This document shows positions 39,949 to 50,120 of a DNA stretch of 64,000 nt, in pieces. Made by a program: the position numbers and the translations under genes. Below the pieces are notes generated by a model. The model made no database searches. It was not told the DNA's origin and saw only the letters and a list, made by a program, of their open reading frames with translations. Within the stretch, counting starts at the first letter, position 1, and each line of letters begins with the position of its first letter. Source of the DNA: a virus; the IMG/VR virus record IMGVR_UViG_3300035670_000141, positions 1 through 64,000 of that record; one strand, 5' to 3'.

Positions 39949-40822
39949 TAAGCGAATGCAGCGTTATCATCTTACATCAAGAAGGTTGTAAATGCGATTT
40001 GCAGCAAAACCTTAAGTTTGCAATAACGAAACTTGTCATAACCAACGAAGAAGAAAATAAAAAGGAGATTTTCGTCGATTGATTATTTTTTGGCGCTCAA
40101 TATCAGCATTAGTAAGTGAACTGTAAAGATTTGGCTTTTTCCAATCAGCAGCAAAATAACAGCAATCATAGCAAAACTCAGCACCATGTCTGCTTTGCTG
40201 CGTACAGCCAATACATCCACCGTGAAAATGAATCATAGGTGATATGTGAGTGAACGATTGCCAGATGGGCTCTGGCGGGCCGGGGGGTCAATTAGGCCAC
40301 GCTGCGCTGATTTGCGTTGCCTCATGTGCTAGTTGATTTAAGCAGTCAGCAAACCCGGCCTGCCACCGGGTCTCGGCCTTGGACACTGGGCAAGCGGTGT
40401 GATGGTCGTAGATCAGCACTTTAGCGACTGATTCAAAGGTGTCAAGAGTCAACCCGCATGAGGCGAGCATGGCAGCGGTCTCTTTGTAGTTCATGGATTC
40501 ACAGCAAATGAGTTTGTGGATCACCATCCGCAGTCGATGATCCGCGAAAGGTGGATCAGACGTGGTTGCTGATAAAGATAAAAACTTCGTTCAGGGCCCA
40601 GAGGTTGACCTGAGTGGCAGTAGCGCCTAATTTAATGGCCTTAAATCGGATCGCCATTTCGGCTTTAAGGTGTTGATCGGTGGTCATGGCTGAAGCTGGG
40701 CTGCGGAACCTCTCGGCTCCTGTCCCCATATCATAGACCTGGTAAGCCGCGCATCGAGGAAATTGATCAAGTCAGTCATCAAAAAACCCCGGATTAACCG
40801 GGGTGGTGATCTTAGATTGATC

Positions 40823-41077
40823 TCAGTAGTTCAAATCAGGAACTTGATCAACAACTTTATATCCTTCATTTAAGCATTTTTTATACAAACCGCGAGCTTG
40901 CTGGCGCGAAAGCATTTTTTCAGTGCAATTACGCATGCCACCAGAAATAATCTTGCCGCTATCGCTAGCGCTAACGCTAATTATTGCGACTCCTGATTCT
41001 CTAACACAAAAGCTAATCATATCAATATATGATTTTCCGGAATTTCCGGTCCAATCAAGGCGAAGCGTGTGTGTCAT
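40823..41077 (-). CDS. small hypothetical early protein
   Basis: ATG (MTHTL) after a GAGA-hairpin promoter element; terminator-like hairpin at 40781-40804. Confidence 0.55.
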   Translation of the reverse strand: MTHTLRLDWTGNSGKSYIDMISFCVRESGVAIISVSASDSGKIISGGMRNCTEKMLSRQQARGLYKKCLNEGYKVVDQVPDLNY

Positions 41078-41210
41078 GGTTGGCGAGTGGGTTGTGGGGC
41101 ATCTCTGCCCTTGTGACCACATCCTACAACCTAATCAGCCACCCGCAAGCCTGTCGTAACAATTTGAAACAATTCATTTTGTATCATCAAAACTATTCAC
41201 CTTAATATAA

Positions 41211-41282
41211 AGCCAACTATCGGAATTGAACCGATGTCCTGCGCGTTACAAAGGCGCTGCTCTACCGCTGAGCTAAGTTGGC
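41211..41282 (-). tRNA. tRNA-Thr(TGT)
   Basis: GCCAACT TAGCTCAGCGGTAGAGC...TT TGT AA...GGTTCAATTCC...AGTTGGC cloverleaf. Confidence 0.9.
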
Positions 41283-41285
41283 GAA

Positions 41286-41393
41286 GCTACGGGCGGACTA
41301 CAACCCGTAGCACCTTGGCCTTCGATACCCGACACTGGCCACCCAACGAAACCAGTGTGGACGCCCCCCTTACGGATGATGGGCCGACCAAGG
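41286..41393 (-). ncRNA. candidate structured RNA directly upstream of tRNA-Thr
   Basis: Three nested or adjacent stems of about 8-9 bp in a non-coding gap. Confidence 0.4.
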
Positions 41394-41407
41394 GTTAAAT
41401 TGTATCA

Positions 41408-41692
41408 TCAACTGTGACGCTTATTTTCGTATGCATGATATTCCCAAGATTGAACATACGCTTTAACATTTTCTAATAACCGAAACGCTTCTGCTCGCTC
41501 AGCTTTGGCGCGTTCCCATGCTTCAGGGTCCTGCGGATAAAAATCACGTTGATTACAAGTTGCTTTAACCAACTCATCAATTGTAGTATTTAGTTTTTCT
41601 CTTACTGCACTATATTCGCGCTGTAAAGTTTCTGCGCCTGTTCCATTTAAGTGAATCGTGGGCAGGATTGGTTTTGTGATGTCGATGTCCAT
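41408..41692 (-). CDS. conserved phage hypothetical protein
   Basis: PTIHLNGT...RDFYPQ motif. Confidence 0.65.
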   Translation of the reverse strand: MDIDITKPILPTIHLNGTGAETLQREYSAVREKLNTTIDELVKATCNQRDFYPQDPEAWERAKAERAEAFRLLENVKAYVQSWEYHAYENKRHS

Positions 41693-42024
41693 TGAAAAAT
41701 GATGAGGAATGATGATATTGCCGGGATTACTCCCGGCTAATGATTAGCGGCGACGATTAAAACCACTCGCTAAATTCTGCCTTGGCATCGGCCATGCCAG
41801 CATCAACTGTATCGGCCAATTGGCGCATCTCAGTCGCCAGCGCCAGGCCGCGTTCAATTGATGCGTTGTAGGCCGACATTGCGGCGTCGATTTCCGCCAA
41901 CAGAGCAGCGGTTTCGGTATCGGTGGTGCGTGCCATGTGATGGGTGGGGGTGGTGGGCGTCTCCGCCCTTGCGCCATCATCCTAGCGTGTGATGTCGCGA
42001 TCAGAGATGGTCGGCGAAAATGCT

Positions 42025-42297
42025 TCACACTTTGTTGTAAAGCGGTGTCTCACCATGAGATGGCGCTAGGCGCAGCTTAATAAAATCAAAAAGACCTTGT
42101 TCTCCCTGCAGGTCTGAAGTTCCCGGCAGGATTCGGCTACCGGAAGACCCTAGCCCATAGCTCAGGAAGCCTCCGGACGGCGTCCTGCATGAGCCGACGT
42201 TGTTGCGGAACAAACGAACCGGGCCCCGGTTCAGGGCATCGTGAATTTCCGCCTGTACCAGGTTCTCCCTGCTGGGCTGGCGAGGCTGGCGGGGCAT
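42025..42297 (-). pseudogene. truncated VRR-NUC nuclease fragment
   Basis: RLFRNNVG...GTSDL present, but the E-x-K motif and C-terminal half are absent. Confidence 0.55.
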
Positions 42298-42770
42298 CGT
42301 GAGGCGGCGTCTTGGGAGATGCTACAGCCATCCGGCGGAGGAGTTCGCTGCGACAGTTTTCGAGTTCGGCATTATTATTGGGAAAACCTAACATTATGTT
42401 GTGTTGTTTTATTTTTACCCGCAGCTCAAAAAGCTCTAGCAACTGTTCATTAGACCAGTCTTTGTAGTAAGAATTAGGTTCAGTGCTTGACATGGGATTT
42501 AATGCGTGGTGAAGCGCGCGAGTGGATGTGGAATGGTTGCCGGGGTTGCCCCCGGCGGGGGTGTTGGTTAAGGCTTGCTCCAAACTCTCAAGGCCATCAA
42601 GACCGAGAGGAAAAACCTTGCTAGCCAGGCTAGAGCAATCAGTCCAACCCCAGCAAGGCCGTAAAGAATAACGTTTGCCAGGGTTGCTGGCAACCCTATC
42701 AGTGATAGAAAAGCTGCAACGGTTGATGCGAATCCTATCAGTGCAAGGGGTAGAATGATAATTCTCATGG

Positions 42771-43106
42771 TTAAGACTCAGTGTTGTAGTGTTTTTCCAT
42801 GGCGAGCATTTGCCCGCCTTTTTTGCGCCACCAAGGAAAATCTGGTGGGGTTGTGCAAACATACTCCGGAAAAACCGGATTTTCTCTACAGTAGCCGCAG
42901 TTATGTGGCGGCCACACTGCTGGCCTAGGATCCGGTCCCAATATCCTCTGATGGTGATTATCCCATATACCTGGGGTCGCCCCAATTTGATATGTAATAT
43001 ATGCCCAGTATTCTCCTGCCACGCGAGCGTCGATGAATTTTTCGCGGGCAAACGTAACCCAACCTTCAGGCGCAAGGTACTGAAAAAGGTACTGAAATTC
43101 GTACAT
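42771..43106 (-). CDS. hypothetical protein
   Basis: ORF right after the DUF1874 gene. Confidence 0.5.
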   Translation of the reverse strand: MYEFQYLFQYLAPEGWVTFAREKFIDARVAGEYWAYITYQIGATPGIWDNHHQRILGPDPRPAVWPPHNCGYCRENPVFPEYVCTTPPDFPWWRKKGGQMLAMEKHYNTES

Positions 43107-43116
43107 TTTTCTAAAA

Positions 43117-43512
43117 TTAGCGGGAATAACGTGAATAGTGTTGAATCATATTCCTTTGGGCTTGAAAAGCATTATCTAGTGCTCGTCCCAAAGTGCCATG
43201 ATAAACCATCAAACTCCAAGAGAATCCCATCTCCTTAAGCTGAGCTTCACTCAGAATCACACCTTCTGGAGCGCGGCCATTAAGCTTAAAACATAGCAAA
43301 CGATCTCCGGGTTCTGGCTTGACTTCAATGCGGTTAACTGGAATATCAACCGCCAAGGCTTGTGAAATAACCGCTGCTGAAGACTTGTGACCTACTGCCG
43401 ATTTCCATTCGGCCAATAGATTGATTTTTGCTGATTCGTTAGGAATAGTGATTGTTTCCCATATTCCGTCGGACCCTGCCGGAATGACGGCAGCATTCAT
43501 GATGTAAAGCAT
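43117..43512 (-). CDS. acrIII-1: DUF1874 / AcrIII-1 family cA4 ring nuclease homologue
   Basis: MLYIMNAAVIP...SAVGH..SA...IPVNR...GDRLLCFKL.GR.PEGVIL, matching the STIV B116/SIRV1 gp29 pattern. Confidence 0.8.
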   Translation of the reverse strand: MLYIMNAAVIPAGSDGIWETITIPNESAKINLLAEWKSAVGHKSSAAVISQALAVDIPVNRIEVKPEPGDRLLCFKLNGRAPEGVILSEAQLKEMGFSWSLMVYHGTLGRALDNAFQAQRNMIQHYSRYSR

Positions 43513-43569
43513 AATGAGCGAAGGGGTGAGTTGTGGAATGGTTGCCGGGGTTGCCCCCGGCGGATGGGG

Positions 43570-43791
43570 TCAGTCTTCGGCGATCTCAACCAAGCTGGGC
43601 CAGGCTGGCATCGTCGGGTCGTAGGCCGCCTTCAGTGCTGGCCTGAGCTGTTCAGTTGAGACGCGGATCACGCCGCCCTCTGTGGGCCAGTCGTGCCAGC
43701 CGCAGCCGACTGAGGTTTGATGAAGGATTCTGTCAACGGTGGGGACGATCTCTTTCATTGTTGGCAATGCAAAGGGGGAGGAAAAGCACAT
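43570..43791 (-). CDS. small hypothetical protein
   Basis: Lies between two hairpin repeats. Confidence 0.45.
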   Translation of the reverse strand: MCFSSPFALPTMKEIVPTVDRILHQTSVGCGWHDWPTEGGVIRVSTEQLRPALKAAYDPTMPAWPSLVEIAED

Positions 43792-43833
43792 GAGTTGTTG
43801 CCGGGGTTGCCCCCCGGCGGCTTTAGCGGGCGA

Positions 43834-44025
43834 TCAATCCAGATGGATAAAGCAGTCGTGGCCGTTGCTGTTGGCGCAAGTTGCGTATTCTAACGCCTTA
43901 TCAAAAGTGCTATAGCTAATGCCTTGATGGCTGTCATCTACGCAAGTTACTTGCACCCGAAACCGATTAGGTTTTTCGTTGATCACATCTACGGAAGGAA
44001 AAAAGCAGAGAGCAGTAAAGGCCAT
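43834..44025 (-). CDS. small hypothetical protein
   Basis: ATG (MAFTAL) after a GAGA-hairpin promoter element. Confidence 0.5.
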   Translation of the reverse strand: MAFTALCFFPSVDVINEKPNRFRVQVTCVDDSHQGISYSTFDKALEYATCANSNGHDCFIHLD

Positions 44026-44130
44026 AAGATTAAAGTGTGGGGAGGATGTGGCGAGGCATCTCTGCCTCGTGCACTCACCATAGGTCATGGCTTCAGTTGT
44101 TGTTTGCGCTCGTAACAATCTGTAATATGT

Positions 44131-44343
44131 TCATGGTGTTACATAAAGCAAAGGTTCGTATTGGTCAGATTTTTCTAATTTTGTAGTCAAGTGCGTCCCA
44201 TCACAATATGGGCACCGATAAACACCATATCTCTTGTTATGTTTTGCCGCTAACTTATCAGCAGCTTTTTCATATTTCCTGCCTAAATTAGTCTTGCCAT
44301 CACAACCACGTTCTTTCGATGGTTGGCGTAATGTTTCATTCAT
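44131..44343 (-). CDS. small Zn-binding phage protein
   Basis: CDGK...YRCPYCDGTHLT. Confidence 0.6.
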   Translation of the reverse strand: MNETLRQPSKERGCDGKTNLGRKYEKAADKLAAKHNKRYGVYRCPYCDGTHLTTKLEKSDQYEPLLYVTP

Positions 44344-44935
44344 AAGCACAGCCTTTAGTTAGCACCCGCCAAACTTTACGCCATAATGGTAAGCACATAA
44401 ATTGTTGCTTTTCTGCAAGATTTGCAGCTAATAACTCTTCAGCTTTTTTGCGAGTCGTCTCCTCAAGTCTTAATTTATGGTCAAGGCTCTTGTTTTGCTT
44501 TTCAAGGCTCTTGTTTTGCTTTTCAAGCTTTTTGGTCTGCTCTAAAAATTCTTCTTTAACAATCACGTAAAGAATATCCCTTATTTCTGGATCGATTGAT
44601 ACTGCAACCTGATAACAAGATTGACCGCGAATAGCAAAACGACTGTAGCTAGCGCTATCTAACAACAACCTACCAAATTTACTGCTGTCAGAAACACTAC
44701 TCAGCAATTCTTTTGGAATTGCTAGCATGTGAATTTTAGACGTAATTTTTCTAATTTCAAGTGGTTCAAATTGGCGTTGCATTATACTATCTCGCTCGAT
44801 AGCATCCATCACACACCTTTCATCAATAGATTCAGATGTAGGCCTAAGAAAATAAAGCTCATCACAAGATGAGCTATGGATAGGTACAATTTTTCCGTCC
44901 AAATGAAGCAGTAAAACGTCAACAGGTTGGGACAT
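44336..44935 (-). CDS. hypothetical coiled-coil protein
   Basis: 199-aa ORF with a 21-bp tandem repeat (LEKQNKS). Confidence 0.55.
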   Translation of the reverse strand: MSQPVDVLLLHLDGKIVPIHSSSCDELYFLRPTSESIDERCVMDAIERDSIMQRQFEPLEIRKITSKIHMLAIPKELLSSVSDSSKFGRLLLDSASYSRFAIRGQSCYQVAVSIDPEIRDILYVIVKEEFLEQTKKLEKQNKSLEKQNKSLDHKLRLEETTRKKAEELLAANLAEKQQFMCLPLWRKVWRVLTKGCAYE

Positions 44936-45645
44936 TTTAGATTGTTGTATGTAATGGTTAAAAAAGTGTTTTGGTGTTAAGATTGATTGTCGTCAAATGT
45001 TCTCATGATTGTGATTAAACCATTTTCGTGATGTCAAGAAAATGGTCGGAAAAGACCTTTTTGCTAAGGTCGGCAAAATGGTCTAACGTGCATCATTGAT
45101 CACCTAAAGACTGACCGCCAAATCGCTCTATCACAGCCTTGAGCCCGCGCAAGATTACCTCATCAGCACTGCCGCCTTCGGATAGCTCAGCGCTATAATA
45201 ACATTCAAGAATTTCACGATCCTTTCCCTTCATGCCCGGATCAATGTAATCATCAGGAAGTTTAGTCATTTGCTTGTCAGTTAAGTTTACCACCAATTAA
45301 CCTATGGCGCTTTGTTTTGTTGCATTGCCTTTTAGCACGCACAACATATAGCGTTACTCTTGGATCAACAAATGATGAGGGAGAATTGTGCTCAACTTCA
45401 AGTCGTCTTTCGACTGTCTTTCCAGTGATTTTAATTGTTTCTGGAAGCCACATCAGAACCATCATTCAAAGGTGCCATATCATCATAGATGATCCTGCCA
45501 GCAAAGCGGGCAATTTCTCTTAAATCAACCCAAAAAGGCGCTTCGTGATCTTCAGGCAAAATACAAGCTTCGGTGCGGCCATTTGGCGCTTGGCGCGTTT
45601 CAATAATCATTGCTTTTGCAAGCCCCCATCCGGGGATTTTTTGCG

Positions 45646-45921
45646 TTACCACTTTACCTTGTCTGCCCAGTAGGCGGCACTCATTTTACCTTTCTTTATA
45701 TTAGCCGCATGACGTGCCTTGAAGCTTGCACGGCGCTCTTTATCTGATTTGCTTTCTCCCTTTTGTTTTGGCGAGCCACTTACGCCTTGCTGACCAAAAC
45801 GTATCAGCTTAATTTGATCACCTTTCTTTGCAAGTACAGCATGGCTTTTTGTTGGATGGTTAGGTGTTTTCTTTGGTTTGTTATATCCCTGGAAAGTTTC
45901 ACGCCCTCTTTTAATTGCCAT
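45646..45921 (-). CDS. conserved basic phage protein
   Basis: GYNKPK.TP.HP.KSHAV...IRFGQQG...SFKARH...AYWA. Confidence 0.7.
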   Translation of the reverse strand: MAIKRGRETFQGYNKPKKTPNHPTKSHAVLAKKGDQIKLIRFGQQGVSGSPKQKGESKSDKERRASFKARHAANIKKGKMSAAYWADKVKW

Positions 45922-46128
45922 GATGCAGCCCATAAATGCACTCTAATATAATACACTATTCATGCACACCGTACTCACAAAAAAATGCAATAATCACTGG
46001 TGGTTCAATTGGTGGTAGGTCGTTTTGTATTTTCCTTCTCAAGCAACCTTCGCATTCTTCGTACATACTATACTCATCGGGAAACAACATGCCTGGGCAT
46101 GGATTAAGTTTGCTTAATTCAATCATAA

Positions 46129-46211
46129 TAGGGACAAAGGGACTTGAACCCTTATAGCATAATGCCGACAGATTTTAAGTCTGTTGTGTCTACCGATTCC
46201 ACCATGCCCCC
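46129..46211 (-). tRNA. tRNA-Leu(TAA)
   Basis: GGGGGCATGGTGGAATCGGTAGACAC ACAGA CT TAA AA TCTGT, long variable arm, GGTTCAAGTCC. Confidence 0.9.
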
Positions 46212-46434
46212 AGAAAAGGATTAGCACCTAAAGCGCTTAATACTGCGTGATAAGACATGAGATCGTCTTCTTAGTTCATTCATGCTCCACAATAAATCCT
46301 CCCGCAATTCAGGCGTTAATTTATCAAATGATTTTGATTTTAGGATAGCTTGCAATTTTTGTATCTGAAGGTCAAAATCATTTTTTTGATGTCTTAATGC
46401 AGCTTGTTGTTGTAGTGACTGGTAGGGCAATGGT

Positions 46435-48747
46435 TTACTTTTTAACTTGTGGCAGCAAACACTTATCTGAGTCGCATCCTGCAGGGCCAGCCTCCACTAA
46501 ACTCCCGCTATCATAGACCTGAAGCAGCGCAAAAAAGTCATCCTCCTTGCGACGTTGCAATACTTCGCAATGAAGTTGATCATACGTTGCCTTGTTGATA
46601 GGTTCAAACGGCAGCCGAGGGAATGTTTCATTTGCATCAAAACGTGCCAATAATGCCGCAGAAATATATCCTTTATGATTCACGATTGCATCATGAATTT
46701 TATCTGCCAAGGGATCAATTTCATGCTCTCTAAATTCAATCGTAGCAGATGTATTATGCCTAGTATAATGTGCCTGCACTTGCATATAAAAATCAAATTG
46801 CGCTAGTGCTGAAAAATGATCAATCCTAATCCTATCTGCGCCAGGCAAATTAGCCCATTTCACTTCGGTAGGAATTTCTACCAGCCATTCCGTACAACGA
46901 TGATCGAAGGGATCATCTAGCAAGCGGCCATTCTCATCCTTATCACCCTGTCCAGGAACAATCGTGTAGCCATAATTCATGCACGCCAGGGCGACAGGAT
47001 CGTCCCTGCGGAAGGTGATGCGACGGATAAAACGCTGCGCTTTCGGAGGATGCCAACCGGGAGAAGCGCCGGTGAGCAAACTTTTGGTACCCGCAGGTTG
47101 ACATGTTGTCATTCTATTGGGACACTTCAGGCTATGTTGATCACAATACTTTTCAATAGTTTCTTCTACGATTTTACGCCAATAATTTAGATATGAAGCC
47201 TCAGCTTCTTTGAATGCAATTCCTACATCTGTACTTGGCCTTCCAGCTTCCCACCATTGCAGCCATGCAATACCAAATGCTTCTACAAAAAAATCAAACA
47301 ATCCAGTGAAGCTTACACCAACAATTGGGTCAAGCTCTCTGCTGTATTGATAGCGTGATTCTTGAAACTTATGATGCAACAATGCAGCAACAGATAATCC
47401 AGCAGCAGTAAATGCTTCCTCTTGTCCTAATCTATCTGATGGTGATATTTGATTAAGGTGTACTTCTGCTAGATTACAGTGGAAGTTTTTGCCTTGAATC
47501 TCGCCGCATGGATTAATACCATATCTCCCCATTCTATGCTCTAATTTTTTATCGTCTTTCACACAATCTGGATCTAACTTCTTAATCATTTCAGCGCCAC
47601 TTTGCTTGTCATTGCAATAGGTAGACATAAAATCATTTTGCATTTGTCGATCAGTTAAAATATCGCAATTCGAGCGTGCAATTGCTTCAGGAGCAAACAT
47701 AATTGCACCTTCGCCTGACAAGAATTGCCTGCGGACAGAATCTACAATTTCTTCTTTTGTTGGATAGTTATGATAAACTAAAGTATGATTTGCCATGCGT
47801 AAGGCATCGCGCTCTGGATCAATGCGCCAGTTGCCATCTTCATCTTGCTGCCATAGGTTGTCTTTTGCTATACCTGCTTCAATATCATTTGCGCTGAATT
47901 GACGTATTCCAGCTGAGCGACGTACGTTGCCGGCAACTACGACCAATGCCGCTTCATCTATAAGCAAACAGCACTCAACCGATGTAAGTTTTCTACCTTG
48001 AGCCTTATTAAAGATTCTGGCCATTTTAACAAACAAATCCTTTAGCTTCACTGGATTTGCTGTGCCGCCAAACCCTTTTAGTGGCTTGCCAGATGGGCGA
48101 ACCATTGAAACATCAACTGTTACAACAATCTCGATATTTTCCCCATATAAAGCCGGTATGGAAGCGTCACTGGCAAGTTGAAACATTGTATAATAAGCAT
48201 CAACCCATCCCTTACGGCTGTCGCCAACTTCAATTAGCACAATAGGACTTGGCGTGTAATCCTTGTCAAGATACTCAGTCCGATAATCAACACTAGTTAC
48301 CGGATCTGAATCTGCTTGGCCAAATATACCTGTAACGACTACATTCAACCTATTCTTAATCACTGGCAACATATCAACCATGCAAGGTTCAATGATAGCG
48401 CCAGTTCCACTGCCCATCATTGCTAGATCCATCATTAGCGCAAAAGCACGCCAGTCTACTAGGTCTGTTGATGTGCAATTGTAAGCACCGCTTACATTTT
48501 CTGGCTTTTCAAGCCATTTTGTTCCACCAACCCATAACCATCGGCCAGACGGCAAAGCTTTTTGTTCTAATTGCATCCTGCGCAATAGATCAGCCTGGTC
48601 GTCGGTCAGCTTACCTAATGCTACCAAACCAGCTAGATTGCGTTCTACAACTTGCTGCCAACTTTCGCGACCATTTATATCTTTGCGGCTATATGTGCGG
48701 TAGAAGACTGGATTAGCAGCAGGGGCAGAGGCTGGAAAATCAGACAC
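46435..48747 (-). CDS. nrdJ: class II (B12-dependent) ribonucleotide reductase
   Basis: VFYRTYSR, PSGRWLW, AYNC, GNVRRSA, NPCGE, QPAGT, C-terminal GCDSDKC. Confidence 0.95.
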   Translation of the reverse strand: MSDFPASAPAANPVFYRTYSRKDINGRESWQQVVERNLAGLVALGKLTDDQADLLRRMQLEQKALPSGRWLWVGGTKWLEKPENVSGAYNCTSTDLVDWRAFALMMDLAMMGSGTGAIIEPCMVDMLPVIKNRLNVVVTGIFGQADSDPVTSVDYRTEYLDKDYTPSPIVLIEVGDSRKGWVDAYYTMFQLASDASIPALYGENIEIVVTVDVSMVRPSGKPLKGFGGTANPVKLKDLFVKMARIFNKAQGRKLTSVECCLLIDEAALVVVAGNVRRSAGIRQFSANDIEAGIAKDNLWQQDEDGNWRIDPERDALRMANHTLVYHNYPTKEEIVDSVRRQFLSGEGAIMFAPEAIARSNCDILTDRQMQNDFMSTYCNDKQSGAEMIKKLDPDCVKDDKKLEHRMGRYGINPCGEIQGKNFHCNLAEVHLNQISPSDRLGQEEAFTAAGLSVAALLHHKFQESRYQYSRELDPIVGVSFTGLFDFFVEAFGIAWLQWWEAGRPSTDVGIAFKEAEASYLNYWRKIVEETIEKYCDQHSLKCPNRMTTCQPAGTKSLLTGASPGWHPPKAQRFIRRITFRRDDPVALACMNYGYTIVPGQGDKDENGRLLDDPFDHRCTEWLVEIPTEVKWANLPGADRIRIDHFSALAQFDFYMQVQAHYTRHNTSATIEFREHEIDPLADKIHDAIVNHKGYISAALLARFDANETFPRLPFEPINKATYDQLHCEVLQRRKEDDFFALLQVYDSGSLVEAGPAGCDSDKCLLPQVKK

Positions 48748-49134
48748 GGATTCTAAGGTGGTTTGGTGTATTTTAGCATGTCACAATAGCACTTGATGTA
48801 CTATTATGGCCTGTATGGACAGCGGTTGTTAATGAACTCTTTTATGCTTGGGTAGTGATAGCTATTTAGTGAATTGTTATCGCTTAATTTTAGTCTAATT
48901 GGGCAATACAAACAATCACGATGAAAAGTGTTTTGTGTTAACTCAATGCCAGCACATAATGCTTGATTATTGAGCAACTTTCTTGGAGAGGATGACATTA
49001 ACGGCAATCAAAACAGGAACTAATGTAAGGTGAAGGCAAACAATGAAAGAAAAATCAGCGGTGGTCACATAAGAGAAGCAAAGCTCGCATATCTTAGCAG
49101 ATAACCGAGCTTTGCGCGAGGATTGTTACAAATG

Positions 49135-49479
49135 TTAAGAAAGGATCCGATCTCTCAGATCTTTGAGATCTAAATAAAGTTTCTGTAGTTCAGAATCAAT
49201 GGATCCAATACGCTGATTATTGCAAGTCATAAGCACAGCACTTCCAATTCTATTTACTCTATCCATCATAGTTTCAATAAGTTGAATTTCGTCAAATTGC
49301 TTAGATCTTGCTTGGCGTTCTGATGGCGATGGCTCTATTTGTAGCCACTCAACTTGATTTTTAAGATCTAACAATGCCTTGACGATTGGGTCGCTTGAAA
49401 CTATTTGTGAACGATGGCGCAATGCTTCCCAATGTGATGATTCTGAATGAATTGGTGTAGATCTGAGATTGTCAGTCAT
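49135..49479 (-). CDS. hypothetical protein
   Basis: Coupled to tmk. Confidence 0.5.
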   Translation of the reverse strand: MTDNLRSTPIHSESSHWEALRHRSQIVSSDPIVKALLDLKNQVEWLQIEPSPSERQARSKQFDEIQLIETMMDRVNRIGSAVLMTCNNQRIGSIDSELQKLYLDLKDLRDRILS

Positions 49480-50120
49480 AATGTTTGTGATTTTGTTCCT
49501 ATAATATAAGTGCTAATTGCATATTTGCATGCTTGTGTTACTGATTCTATATCTTTTAGCCCATTGATTGCTATAGTTCTGGGATCTAATGATTTTGCAG
49601 CACAGTAGCCACTATGAACTTTCTGGAAAAACTCTATGTCTTCCAATTCAATTCGATCAAGTTGTTTATTTTTTGTCCGCTTCATGGCTTCAGCTATTGA
49701 AATATCAATCCAAAGTGTTAAGTTAGGCTCAATTTTTGCACTTGCAAAATTTTGCAAGTCATCAATCATCCTTAAACTATGCCCACGACCATAACCCTGA
49801 TAAGCAATTGTTGACATATTAAAGCGGTCGCACAATACCCAATCACCAGCTTCTAAAGCTGGTTTAATCACGCTTTCAACGTGTTGCGCACGATCCGCCA
49901 AGTATAGCAATAGCTCAGCATTACGGCATGGAGCTTGACCCTTAGAATTGAGCAGAAGTGATCTCAACTCAGTGCCCAACGAAGTACCTCCAGGCTCTCT
50001 GGTGACCACTAGCCTAGCGCTATCGGGCATGATGGTTGGCAACCAATCAGCTATCGCTTTGAGTTGCGTAGTTTTTCCGCAGCCGTCGATGCCTTCTATG
50101 ACAATGAAAAGTGGTTTCAT
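49476..50120 (-). CDS. tmk: thymidylate kinase
   Basis: EGIDGCGKTTQ, TREPGG, DRAQH, CDRF, AYQGYGRG. Confidence 0.95.
   Translation of the reverse strand: MKPLFIVIEGIDGCGKTTQLKAIADWLPTIMPDSARLVVTREPGGTSLGTELRSLLLNSKGQAPCRNAELLLYLADRAQHVESVIKPALEAGDWVLCDRFNMSTIAYQGYGRGHSLRMIDDLQNFASAKIEPNLTLWIDISIAEAMKRTKNKQLDRIELEDIEFFQKVHSGYCAAKSLDPRTIAINGLKDIESVTQACKYAISTYIIGTKSQTL

Larger units (their letters stand above)
42527..43563. repeat. 32-bp identical direct repeats (42527-42558 and 43532-43563) containing a GCAA-loop hairpin
   Basis: TGTGGAATGGTTGCCGGGGTTGCCCCCGGCGG twice; partial copies at 43800-43818 and 41720-41737. Confidence 0.85.

Noticed and set aside
42137..43075. 312-aa minus-strand ORF
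   Set aside because: It runs through the intergenic hairpin and overlaps two better ORFs. Only the part from 42493 is plausible.
41720..43818. Hairpin repeats as a mini-CRISPR array or as terminators
   Set aside because: Spacing is gene-sized and irregular, and there is no U-tract in the transcribed orientation.
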